Both the position numbers and the translations under genes were made by a program. From Euryarchaeota archaeon UBA229 (GTDB lineage Archaea; Thermoplasmatota; Poseidoniia; Poseidoniales; Poseidoniaceae), in contig DAUW01000076.1 in the NCBI GenBank assembly GCA_002505355.1, forward strand, positions 970 to 48,550: a stretch of 47,581 nt of DNA, given 5' to 3'. The first letter of the stretch is position 1; the number at the start of each line of letters is the position of its first letter. This document shows, in pieces, positions 16,847 to 25,845 of the stretch. The notes below the pieces were generated by a model. The model was not told the origin of the DNA. It worked only from the letters and a program-made list of their open reading frames with translations, and searched no databases.

Positions 16847-17235
16847 GGATAGTAGCGGTATGTGGTTCGTTTCACAAATCAGAGATACAATCAATGCTTG
16901 ATTTTGCCAAAGATGAGGCAGATAAATGGAGTATAGAAATTGCTGAAGTTATCTGGGTTCCAGGTTCAATGGAGGTGCCCCTAGCTCTGCGACGAGTCCT
17001 CGAGCAATATGATGGCGCAATATGCTTGGGTATAATTGAGAAAGGTGAGACACTGCACGGTTCCGCAATGGGTAATGCAGTAATCAAATCGGTAGTTGAC
17101 CTGCAGTTAGATTTCAACAAACCAATCGGTTTAGGTATTATTGGGCCGGGCGCAGAGCCTCATCACATAGCACCTAGGCTTGAGCCACATGCCAGAGCTG
17201 CTGTTAATGCAGTTCGCGTAATGAACACAACGTAG
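16843..17235 (+). CDS. ribH: 6,7-dimethyl-8-ribityllumazine synthase
   Basis: 130-aa ORF. The ATGA overlap with the ribE stop indicates coupling, and AGGAG lies 9 nt upstream. Contains WVPGSMEVPLA, DGAICLGIIEKGET.H and operon context. Confidence 0.85.
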   Translation: MRIVAVCGSFHKSEIQSMLDFAKDEADKWSIEIAEVIWVPGSMEVPLALRRVLEQYDGAICLGIIEKGETLHGSAMGNAVIKSVVDLQLDFNKPIGLGIIGPGAEPHHIAPRLEPHARAAVNAVRVMNTT

Positions 17236-17272
17236 GGATATTGTTCAATTACTCGAACAACATCCCTCGCCC

Positions 17273-18985
17273 ATGCAGATGTTATGGCATTTCTCTAGAC
17301 CAACTGGCGATTCGCTCGATGACTCATCAAAGTTAGGGGGCATATGGAACCAAGTGAAAAAATTACGTTATGACGTCTTTGCTCAAGAGTTACAACAATA
17401 TCCGGAAAATGATCAGGGTTTGCTAGACGACCCGGGAGAGCATTTCATTGTCATACTTGAGGGGAATGAGTTAGTTGGCTATATCAGTTTGAACTCACCA
17501 ACCATAGAGGAATATCGTCTTACCAAATATTTCGGTAATGAAATTTTATCTCTGATAACTGCTGAGTATGGAGCGGAGCAGAATTTGTATGAAGTCCGAG
17601 GTTTGACTGTCACGCCATCTCATCGTGGCCGAGGTACTGCCCGACAATTGATGCTTGGTGCGTTGAAATACACTCTGCAAAATGGTGCAGACGGCATAAT
17701 TGCCATGGGTCATGATAGAGTTTTGCCTATGTACGAAAGTATTGGCATGAGGGTTTTCCATAATCATTCTACGACGGCGGGAAATATTGTATTTTATCCA
17801 ATGACGGCATCTGTTGCGAAACTCTGCCAATCCGTTGGTGAGGAGCTGAATCAAGTCGACTTAACTGAGCAACAGGCCCAAGATGAGTCATGTTATCATG
17901 GTGGTGCCTCATGGGACGAGAGCGGTTTTGATTTTATTCGAAGAAATCAATTGATTGTCGCTGATGTACTCGACAGCCCATTTCCACCCTGCCCTGAGGT
18001 TATGGATGTTATTTCGAGAAACTTGATTAGCAGTTGTCAAGAATCTCCACCGACACTATGCGACCCTCTTATCGATAAAATTGCCCAAGTACGTCAACTT
18101 GCCAAGCAGAGTATTCTTGTTTCATCAGGCTCTTCATCACTGATGTTTTCTTTAATGCCTCGATTACTCACTGAGCAATCTCGAGTATTAGTATTATCAC
18201 CAATGTATGGTGAATATTTACACATACTCACTCACATAATTGGCTGTCACATCACCCATTTTTCACTATATCCGGAAGATGGATTCGCTATTCAGGTTGA
18301 TGACTTTATTGATTTAGCGCGTAGACATGATGCTGTTATAATTGTGAACCCAAATAGTCCTACAGGAGTTTATAATGATAAATTGAGCAGTGCAATTGAC
18401 AGAATTTTGTCAAATAAATTTAGTAAAACTCAATGCAAGATGATTTGGGTTGATGAGACATACATCGAGTACGTAGAGGGGGCCGAATCACTAGAAGGGC
18501 TGACCTCAGTTTATGATGAACTGATTGTTTGCAAAAGCATGAGTAAATGCTACGCATTGTCTGGATTAAGAGTCGCTTACGCAGTCACTAAAAAGGCACC
18601 ACAATTACGACGATATATTCCTCCGTGGGCGGTTAGTCTACCGGCTCAAATTGGCGCTGTTGCCGCACTATCAAACCCTGAATACTACCATAAGCAATAT
18701 CTTACCGTACACAGTAATCGAGAACTTCTCAATCAGGAATTAATTGAACTTGGTTTTACTACATATCCGAGTGTGGCAAATTATATTTTAGCTCAATTAC
18801 CACCGGCGGTGACTCATAGCTCACAGCAGTTTATCGCTTTGTGTCGAGAGCAGGATGTGTTCATTAGGGATGCTGAAAATATGGGTATTACGTTAGACTC
18901 GAGTTATGTACGATTTGCTGTAAGGTCTATTGAAGAGAATGTTAGAATAATTGATTGTCTAACTAAACTGCTAACAGCATACTAG
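17273..18985 (+). CDS. Fusion protein: N-terminal GNAT-like acyltransferase plus a C-terminal class I/II PLP aminotransferase/decarboxylase (HisC/CobD-like)
   Basis: N-terminal part: LRYDVFAQELQQY, ELVGYISL and VTPSHRGRGTARQLM (acyl-CoA-binding Q/R-x-x-G-x-G/A). C-terminal part: IIVNPNSPTG and the PLP-lysine block SMSKCYALSGLRVAY. Confidence 0.75.
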   Translation: MQMLWHFSRPTGDSLDDSSKLGGIWNQVKKLRYDVFAQELQQYPENDQGLLDDPGEHFIVILEGNELVGYISLNSPTIEEYRLTKYFGNEILSLITAEYGAEQNLYEVRGLTVTPSHRGRGTARQLMLGALKYTLQNGADGIIAMGHDRVLPMYESIGMRVFHNHSTTAGNIVFYPMTASVAKLCQSVGEELNQVDLTEQQAQDESCYHGGASWDESGFDFIRRNQLIVADVLDSPFPPCPEVMDVISRNLISSCQESPPTLCDPLIDKIAQVRQLAKQSILVSSGSSSLMFSLMPRLLTEQSRVLVLSPMYGEYLHILTHIIGCHITHFSLYPEDGFAIQVDDFIDLARRHDAVIIVNPNSPTGVYNDKLSSAIDRILSNKFSKTQCKMIWVDETYIEYVEGAESLEGLTSVYDELIVCKSMSKCYALSGLRVAYAVTKKAPQLRRYIPPWAVSLPAQIGAVAALSNPEYYHKQYLTVHSNRELLNQELIELGFTTYPSVANYILAQLPPAVTHSSQQFIALCREQDVFIRDAENMGITLDSSYVRFAVRSIEENVRIIDCLTKLLTAY

Positions 18986-19014
18986 TTGGATGAATGTAAA
19001 GATTCAATAGGTGA

Positions 19015-19974
19015 GTGTCCTCTATTGGACTTGTAGGCGATTATATGGGTAATGTAAGAGATGTGGTGATTATTGGTTCTGGTCCTGCCGGTTACACTGC
19101 AGGATTATACACAGCAAGGGCAATGCTCAATCCGCTTATGTTTGCTGGCTACATGTCAGGCGGCCAGTTAATGTTAACATCTGACATTGAGAATTTTCCT
19201 GGCTATCCAGAAGGAATTGGAGGCCCAGAGATGATGATGCAGTTACGCGAGCAAGCTGAAAGATTTGGTCTCGAAGTACAAGATAGAAATGTTGAATCTG
19301 TCGATTTATCCCAACGACCATACAAGATTTTGGTCGAGGGTGAGGAGTTTCTGAGCCACGCAATAATAATCTCAACAGGAGCCGAATCAATATGGCTTAA
19401 TGCTCCTGGTGAGGCCGAACAAAAAGGCCGTGGCATATCTACTTGCGCAACTTGTGATGGGGCATTTTTCCGTGATGAGGAAGTACTCGTAATTGGGGGC
19501 GGCGATTCGGCTTGTGAAGAAGCAACTTTCTTAACGAGATTCGCTTCAAAGGTGACACTGATTCATCGGCGTGATGTGTTTAGAGCGAGCAATATTATGT
19601 ACGAACGGGCCGTAAATAACGAAAAAATAGAGATTAGAACATTTAGACAAGTCAAGGAGTGGTTGTCTGATGAAAATGGTTTAACGGGGGCAATTCTTGA
19701 GGATCCAAGAGACGGATCCACAGAGGAAATAGCCGCTTCCGGTGCGTTTATTGCCATCGGACACAAACCAATCACCGGATTTTTGCAATCTCAAGTTGAT
19801 ACGGATGATAATGGCTACATTATTCATAAACAGCACACAATGACTTCTGTAGAGGGTGTATTTGCGGCTGGCGATGTAGTAGATACAAGGTATAAACAAG
19901 CAATTACCGCTGCAGGCATGGGCTGCCAAGCAGCAATGGACGCTGAGAAATGGTTGGAAGATAACGTTCATTGA
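19015..19974 (+). CDS. trxB: Thioredoxin-disulfide reductase
   Basis: VVIIGSGPAGYTAGLYTARA; redox-active CATCDG; GGGDSACEEATFLTRFA; HRRDVFRA; FAAGDV. The track start is GTG at 19015, and the ATG at 19045 (MGNVRD...) is at least as likely. Confidence 0.92.
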   Translation: MSSIGLVGDYMGNVRDVVIIGSGPAGYTAGLYTARAMLNPLMFAGYMSGGQLMLTSDIENFPGYPEGIGGPEMMMQLREQAERFGLEVQDRNVESVDLSQRPYKILVEGEEFLSHAIIISTGAESIWLNAPGEAEQKGRGISTCATCDGAFFRDEEVLVIGGGDSACEEATFLTRFASKVTLIHRRDVFRASNIMYERAVNNEKIEIRTFRQVKEWLSDENGLTGAILEDPRDGSTEEIAASGAFIAIGHKPITGFLQSQVDTDDNGYIIHKQHTMTSVEGVFAAGDVVDTRYKQAITAAGMGCQAAMDAEKWLEDNVH

Positions 19975-20016
19975 ACAACCCAGTTAATTCATGAATTAGC
20001 ATCAACTCCGCTGGTC

Positions 20017-21168
20017 ATGGTCGACACCCAAAGGTATGCTAGACACATTACTCTCCCGGATGTCGGTATTAAGGGGCAAGAATTAATCGATAATTCCAAT
20101 GTTCTAGTTGTAGGCGCTGGTGGATTAGGCAGCCCAGTATTGATGTATCTTGCAGCAGCAGGAGTAGGACACCTTGGGATAATTGACGATGATGTTGTAG
20201 ACCTATCAAATCTTCAGAGACAGATAATTCATACTGAGAGCCAAATTGGTGTAGCTAAGGTTGACTCAGCGAAAGCCAGAATTTCCGCAATAAATTCTGC
20301 TATTAAGGTAACAACTTGGAACGAGCGACTATCTCCCGACAATGCGCGTGAAATCTTCACTGGCTGGGATCTTGTTGTTGACGGTACTGATAATATCCCA
20401 ACGCGCTATCTTGTTGATGATATGTGCAATACTCTCGGAATTCCATGGGTATATGGCTCAATCTATAGATTTGAAGGCCAGGTTAGTCTTTTCAATTATA
20501 ATGGCGGACCGTGTTATCGCGACTTGTTTCCCGAACCACCACCAAATGATATGGTGCCCTCATGTGCTGATGGTGGCGTATTCGGCGTCTTACCAGGAGT
20601 TGTTGGAGCAATTCAAGCAACTGAAGCGATTAAGGTGATACTAGATAAAAATCAATCATTGTCGGGTAAGTTGTTACTTTATGATGCAGACAATATGACG
20701 TTTAGAACGCTAAATTTTTCCAAAAACCCAGCGACAAAACCCGACTTGGCTGAAGTAAGGCAGATGTTTGAGGAGCAGGGTTGGTGTGTTAATCAAGCGA
20801 TTAAAGGAGGTCAATTTGAAGAACCGTCGACCGCACGTGGGGCCATGTTCAATCATTTGTCGGTTGCCGAGTATCAACAACGTCGAGCCGCAGGCTGGCA
20901 ACCATTTTTGATTGATGTTCGCTCAAATAATGAGTATGCGCAGGTTAAGGTTTCATTTACTGATCTGCAAGTGCCCCATGAAGAGATCCTATCAATCCAA
21001 GATCAAATTCCCGATGACAAGGACATAATTTTGCTCTGTCGCAGCGGTATGCGTTCACAAATGGCAGCAATGTATTTGCTTAATGCGGGTTTTTCGGGCA
21101 CTCGTTTGTTCAATTTTGACGGTGGTATCTTGGCTTGGAGTAACCATTTACCGGCAGATATCGAATAA
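20017..21168 (+). CDS. moeB: ThiF/MoeB/UbaA-family E1-like adenylyltransferase with a C-terminal rhodanese domain
   Basis: RYARHITLPDVGIKGQ, VVGAGGLGSP, DDDVVDLSNLQRQ and CADGGVFGVLPG. The C-terminal rhodanese domain has the active-site loop CRSGMRS. Confidence 0.88.
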   Translation: MVDTQRYARHITLPDVGIKGQELIDNSNVLVVGAGGLGSPVLMYLAAAGVGHLGIIDDDVVDLSNLQRQIIHTESQIGVAKVDSAKARISAINSAIKVTTWNERLSPDNAREIFTGWDLVVDGTDNIPTRYLVDDMCNTLGIPWVYGSIYRFEGQVSLFNYNGGPCYRDLFPEPPPNDMVPSCADGGVFGVLPGVVGAIQATEAIKVILDKNQSLSGKLLLYDADNMTFRTLNFSKNPATKPDLAEVRQMFEEQGWCVNQAIKGGQFEEPSTARGAMFNHLSVAEYQQRRAAGWQPFLIDVRSNNEYAQVKVSFTDLQVPHEEILSIQDQIPDDKDIILLCRSGMRSQMAAMYLLNAGFSGTRLFNFDGGILAWSNHLPADIE

Positions 21169-21313
21169 ACTGCGATATCTGTGTCTTATGGTAGTTTAAC
21201 AAAGCACTATGTTTGGCTAGATGTATATGACTTAGTTTTGCCCAAGTTTTGGGAATTTACGGGATGAGGTTCAAATGTCGGTGTTTACAATCACCCCATA
21301 GGGGGGAGAAAAT

Positions 21314-22408
21314 TTGGCCAAGGTCATTGTTGCTGACGAAAATGAAGGTAGAAGGTCACTGCTAGCAAATACGCTCGAGCGCGAGGGTTTTGAAATCACC
21401 CGTGCTGGAACCCTAAGACAAGCAGAAGGCACGGCACTTGCGACTATGCCAGAGGTAGTACTCATGGATGGAGACTGGCAAAATGGCGATGCTATTGATG
21501 CCTCTCAAAGGCTAATGAGCGATCCTGAGTTTGCCTTCAAATGCCGCATTGTTGTCCTATCAAAAATTTCTAGTCAAGAGTACTTAATATCCGCAGCAAA
21601 AGCGGGAATTTCAGAGGTAATCGCAAAACCTATCGATATGAAGGTACTGATAGATCAATTAAACAAACATGCGAGAAAGCAATTTGTTCCGCCGCCTGCT
21701 GATGTCGAAGGTCCCGCGTCAGGCGGTGGCAGTTTTGACGTCTCGATGCTTATGGGGGATTCGACATGGGCATTACCAATGTTGAAAGGTCTAGTTGGTC
21801 CGGAAAAAATCAATCCCGGATTCATAGATGAAATATTGGTCCAAATGGACGAAGAAGGGATTGAAGTTCAAGAAATGTTTGATCCCGCAACTATGGCGGC
21901 AATGTTGAGGATTGCGCTAAATAATCTGGTTCAAGATGTAGACCCAGAGCAGGTGGCGTCCCAACAAAATGATACGGAAAACGATGAATCAGAATCAACT
22001 CCATCGTATGACAAGATTGCCAAAGGTCAAACCTTAGGCTCCGGTAAAAGCGGTTCATCGAAGCTCAAAGGTGGGATGACAACGATGGAGGATATTCTCC
22101 AGCAACAAGCATCAGCAATCAAACACGATGTTGAGTCGGTAATGGATGATGTACTGGATGAGAAACCTGAACTTGTTGCTTTACATTCAGATGAAAACCT
22201 ATTTGGCGTTGACCCGGAAGTGCTCAAATTGACTAGATTAACCAACGAACTAGTATACGACTTAATGTGGAATCTAGGGCGCCCCGGAACCCTAGAAGAT
22301 GTGACATTGATAACTCAAATAGAGGATATTACAGAAATGGTTGGTGATGTGCTATCATCATTCCCCAGCGTTAATGCAATCGATGGGCTGGATAGCGAGG
22401 AGGAGTGA
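21314..22408 (+). CDS. CheY-like receiver (REC) domain protein with a ~240-aa acidic C-terminal region of unknown function
   Basis: The REC residues appear in order: VADENEG (acidic pocket), VVLMDGD (acceptor Asp), VVLSK, and AKP (conserved Lys). TTG start with GGGGAG 5 nt upstream. No recognised output domain. Confidence 0.6.
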   Translation: MAKVIVADENEGRRSLLANTLEREGFEITRAGTLRQAEGTALATMPEVVLMDGDWQNGDAIDASQRLMSDPEFAFKCRIVVLSKISSQEYLISAAKAGISEVIAKPIDMKVLIDQLNKHARKQFVPPPADVEGPASGGGSFDVSMLMGDSTWALPMLKGLVGPEKINPGFIDEILVQMDEEGIEVQEMFDPATMAAMLRIALNNLVQDVDPEQVASQQNDTENDESESTPSYDKIAKGQTLGSGKSGSSKLKGGMTTMEDILQQQASAIKHDVESVMDDVLDEKPELVALHSDENLFGVDPEVLKLTRLTNELVYDLMWNLGRPGTLEDVTLITQIEDITEMVGDVLSSFPSVNAIDGLDSEEE

Positions 22409-23136
22409 AGTTGTCCACTCGCTCAAAAATTAACATACAACAACAAACAGTAAGCCGATTTCGAGTGTACCTGTCGGCCGCCATAATTTTTATGTGGTTG
22501 TTAATCGGTTATTTGGTCTTTAACGACATTGCAGAATTCATTAACTGGTTTGATGATTACGGTGTTTGGGTTTCAGTAATCTATTGCTTGATGGTTACTA
22601 TTGCAATAGTATTGTTAGTGCCAACCCCAATACTAAAAGTTGGTGCTGGCGCATTATTTCCTTACCATGTCGCCGTGTTGGTGAATTTTGCCGCATCGGT
22701 TTTCGGGGGACTGGTTGCATTTTCGCTTGGTCGATGGATGTTTAGGGACTATATTGCCGAAATTGTTGCTAAGGATGAAAGATTAGTCAGTCTAGAATCG
22801 GCAATTACTGAGGATGCAATGCAGATATCAGTGTTAGTTAGACTATCGCCAATTATTCCCGATGAGTGGTTAAATTATGTAATGGCGAGTAGTCCAGTAT
22901 CAACAAAGACATTCTTTATTTCAAACCTCTCAAGCATCATCTATTCTTTTGCTTACGCCTATTTCGGTCTGGCCGCTGGTGAATTAGTACTCAACGGCGA
23001 TGGTATGGACGGCTTTGCTCAGTCACCATTAGGAAGCATTTTATTGATTGTTGGTGTTATTACTTCGATTTTTATCACCATTTTAATTGCTAAAATGACC
23101 AAGAAAGCCTTGAATTCCAAGGTTGATGCGATATAA
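22405..23136 (+). CDS. DedA / TVP38-TMEM64 (VTT domain) family membrane protein
   Basis: Polytopic 243-aa ORF with RLSPIIPDEWLNYVMASSPVSTKTFFISN (family-typical R-L-x-P-x-x-P...N-Y motif). GTG at 22405 overlaps the upstream stop. TTG at 22411, 5-8 nt after GAGGAGGAG, is an alternative start. Confidence 0.72.
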   Translation: MKLSTRSKINIQQQTVSRFRVYLSAAIIFMWLLIGYLVFNDIAEFINWFDDYGVWVSVIYCLMVTIAIVLLVPTPILKVGAGALFPYHVAVLVNFAASVFGGLVAFSLGRWMFRDYIAEIVAKDERLVSLESAITEDAMQISVLVRLSPIIPDEWLNYVMASSPVSTKTFFISNLSSIIYSFAYAYFGLAAGELVLNGDGMDGFAQSPLGSILLIVGVITSIFITILIAKMTKKALNSKVDAI

Positions 23137-23179
23137 TCAAAATCGTTCAGTTTGTATGTGAGTTTCATGTGGCAGTTGC

Positions 23180-25777
23180 ATGGCGCAGGGAGACCTACCG
23201 GAAATTTTTGGCGCAACTTGGTCGCCAACGGCTAGACTGGTCTTCACTCAACCGCTGCTGGCAGATGCTGCAAAGCGAGAGGTGCTACTATTTGTTGCGC
23301 AGCAACATGACGGTAAGATTTCACTAGTTTCTGATATTTGGGACCACGTTATTGACTCGGCAAATGAGCAATTTGAAGCGCCATCATGGGGCAAATTCTG
23401 TAATCACTTCATTAGCGCGCTGTCGAATGCACTGGTCGCCCAAGTAGACGCTAAAATGGCGGATGAGAAAGAAACAGAGGTGATTCCAAGACGGAATTTG
23501 TCCTCATATCTCGAACGTAGAAACACCCATTTTTTGATCGATATGCGCTTAATGCTGAGGCGACTTGCGCACTACATGTCTGTCACGCTAGAACACCGCT
23601 TAGAATGGCAACGAAATATGACAAGGACGCGAATAATGGATGAGGCGCTAAAGGAAATTTTCACTGAAGGCATGGAAACCCCGGACGGTTCGAAATTTGG
23701 CGGCAAAGGTTTTCGTTCAACCTGGCAAGAAGGTGTTGTTGCAGTGGCCACCGCCTTGGAGACCGATACAACTAGCAATCGCACAGCAAGACCCGGAGCT
23801 GGTTATGATGGCGATTTAGTCGCACCCATGATTAGGGATGTCGGGCTATCTCTAGCGATGGGGGATACGCCACTTGGTGTAATGGCTGCGAACCTTGGGA
23901 AAGTTGGTTCTAATCAAAATGGCGGATGGGATGATGCCGGAGGTCGTGATTTACACATCGGCGCTTGGCACGTTGGCGTTCTGCCACCGACTGCTCCATT
24001 ACCAATAGCCAGCGCAACTCTTACCGGTCTGGCATTCGCCGCTTGGCAACAGAAAAAACCACGATTTCACGTTGCTTGTATCGGCGAAGGTGCTTCTTCC
24101 TCGGGTGAATTCTGGGAGGCCTTAAATTTCGCTGGGACTAGGGGACTGCCAATAACCTACATTTTACAGAACAATCAAATTGCTCTTGATACGGCACCTG
24201 TTAACCAGTCTGGTGTTGAGGTTTGGGCTGACAAGGCAAAAGCGATGGGGTTCCCAAGTTGGACAATCGACGGATCCGATCCTGCAGCTTGGTACGCCAG
24301 TGTTGCATGTGCCCGTGAATTTGCCTTGGAAGGTGGGGGCCCCACTCTTATCCACGTCGAGACTATGCGTGGCTGTGGCCACGCACATCACCACGATGAT
24401 CTATATTTGGGTAACGAATCTGGTACACCACCTGGTTACGTTAATCGAGATATGCTTGATTATTGGGCTGCCAAAGATCCGCTGCCCACCCATCGTAAGT
24501 TAATGTTAGATCTTGGCATTGACGAGCAGGTAATACTCGATATGGAAGCTGAGGAACAGGCTTTAGTCGATGGCGATAGAGCAGAACTTAGCGCAATGGC
24601 CTGGCCGGAGCCTGAGACTGTAACAAAAGGAGTTACCAGCATTAGTGATGCAGAGACTCATGAAAATCACCTAAATCGACTAAAGAACAGTGAATTAGAG
24701 CTTCACCAATCGCCTCTCGGCGTAGGTGAATCAATCCTTGAGTATGTCGAGAAGGGTGGCTGGACATATGCCAGGGCGATACAACAGGCGATGGTTGACA
24801 TTGCGAATCGGTACGGCGACGATTGCGTATTCATCGGTGAAGACATGGAGGTTGCGGGGGCATTTGGCATGAATATCGGGTTAAAAAACGCCGGGCATGA
24901 TAAAAAATTGGTTGACATGCCACTTTGCGAGGCAATCATTGTTCACACCGGTACTGGTGCAGCACTATCAGGAATGAGGCCAATGGTTGAAATTCAATTC
25001 GGTGGCTTTGCCGCACTAGGATTCAACGCCCTCGTCAACAATGCCGCCATGCTCAGATGGCGCTGGGGAGCAGATTGTCCAATGACGATTAGAATACCCT
25101 TGGGCGCAAAAACTCGCTCAGGGCCGTTTCATGCAAACATGATAGAATCTTGGTTCGCTAATGATCCCGGAATAATAATTCTCGCACCAGGGACTCCTCA
25201 AGATGCTTATGATTTGCTCGTTGAGGCGGCCGAAATAGATGATCCCGTAATTATGTTGGAGCATATTGGATTGTATGGCTTACGCGGCGGTCTGACTGGT
25301 TGGGGTCAAAACATAAATCAGCAGGTAAATACTCTGTTAGTTAATCAGGCAATCGATGAGGGTCGAGGCTATAAAATCGGTAAAGCAGAGGTAATCCGTG
25401 GAGGCAGGGATGTCACTCTAGTAACCTGGGGAGCGATGGTCCACGTTGCGAAGCAGGCTGCTGACGAATTATCGAACGAGAATATCGAGGTTGAGATTAT
25501 TGATTTAAGAACACTGATTCCATTTGATGCTGATACCTGCATTAAATCAGTTACTCGCACAGGTAGGCTGGTGATTTTGCAGGAAGGACAATGGAGTGGC
25601 GGACTCGGGCACACCATACAAAGCCGTATTCTTGAGTCCTGCTTCTACGTTCTAGAATCTGCGCCCTGTGTGATTGGCGCACTTGACACACCGGTGCCAT
25701 TCTCGCCTCCCCTCGAAAATCACACCATACCTTCAGTTGATCACGTTGTTGATATTTTGCGAACATCTTGTCAATAA
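23180..25777 (+). CDS. 2-oxoacid dehydrogenase E1 component, alpha and beta subunits fused, with a ~130-aa N-terminal extension
   Basis: ThDP motif CIGEGASSSGEFWEALNFAGTRGLPITYILQNN in the alpha part. The beta (pyrimidine-binding/transketolase-like) part has FIGEDMEVAGAFG, DMPLCEAIIVHTGTGAALSGMRPMVEIQF and the C-terminal IDLRTLIPFD. Confidence 0.85.
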   Translation: MAQGDLPEIFGATWSPTARLVFTQPLLADAAKREVLLFVAQQHDGKISLVSDIWDHVIDSANEQFEAPSWGKFCNHFISALSNALVAQVDAKMADEKETEVIPRRNLSSYLERRNTHFLIDMRLMLRRLAHYMSVTLEHRLEWQRNMTRTRIMDEALKEIFTEGMETPDGSKFGGKGFRSTWQEGVVAVATALETDTTSNRTARPGAGYDGDLVAPMIRDVGLSLAMGDTPLGVMAANLGKVGSNQNGGWDDAGGRDLHIGAWHVGVLPPTAPLPIASATLTGLAFAAWQQKKPRFHVACIGEGASSSGEFWEALNFAGTRGLPITYILQNNQIALDTAPVNQSGVEVWADKAKAMGFPSWTIDGSDPAAWYASVACAREFALEGGGPTLIHVETMRGCGHAHHHDDLYLGNESGTPPGYVNRDMLDYWAAKDPLPTHRKLMLDLGIDEQVILDMEAEEQALVDGDRAELSAMAWPEPETVTKGVTSISDAETHENHLNRLKNSELELHQSPLGVGESILEYVEKGGWTYARAIQQAMVDIANRYGDDCVFIGEDMEVAGAFGMNIGLKNAGHDKKLVDMPLCEAIIVHTGTGAALSGMRPMVEIQFGGFAALGFNALVNNAAMLRWRWGADCPMTIRIPLGAKTRSGPFHANMIESWFANDPGIIILAPGTPQDAYDLLVEAAEIDDPVIMLEHIGLYGLRGGLTGWGQNINQQVNTLLVNQAIDEGRGYKIGKAEVIRGGRDVTLVTWGAMVHVAKQAADELSNENIEVEIIDLRTLIPFDADTCIKSVTRTGRLVILQEGQWSGGLGHTIQSRILESCFYVLESAPCVIGALDTPVPFSPPLENHTIPSVDHVVDILRTSCQ

Positions 25778-25845
25778 TTCTCGCTGTAAGGAAATAAACG
25801 CTAGAATTAATCCTGATTTCCTGAAACAGTTTCGTTCATTTACCA

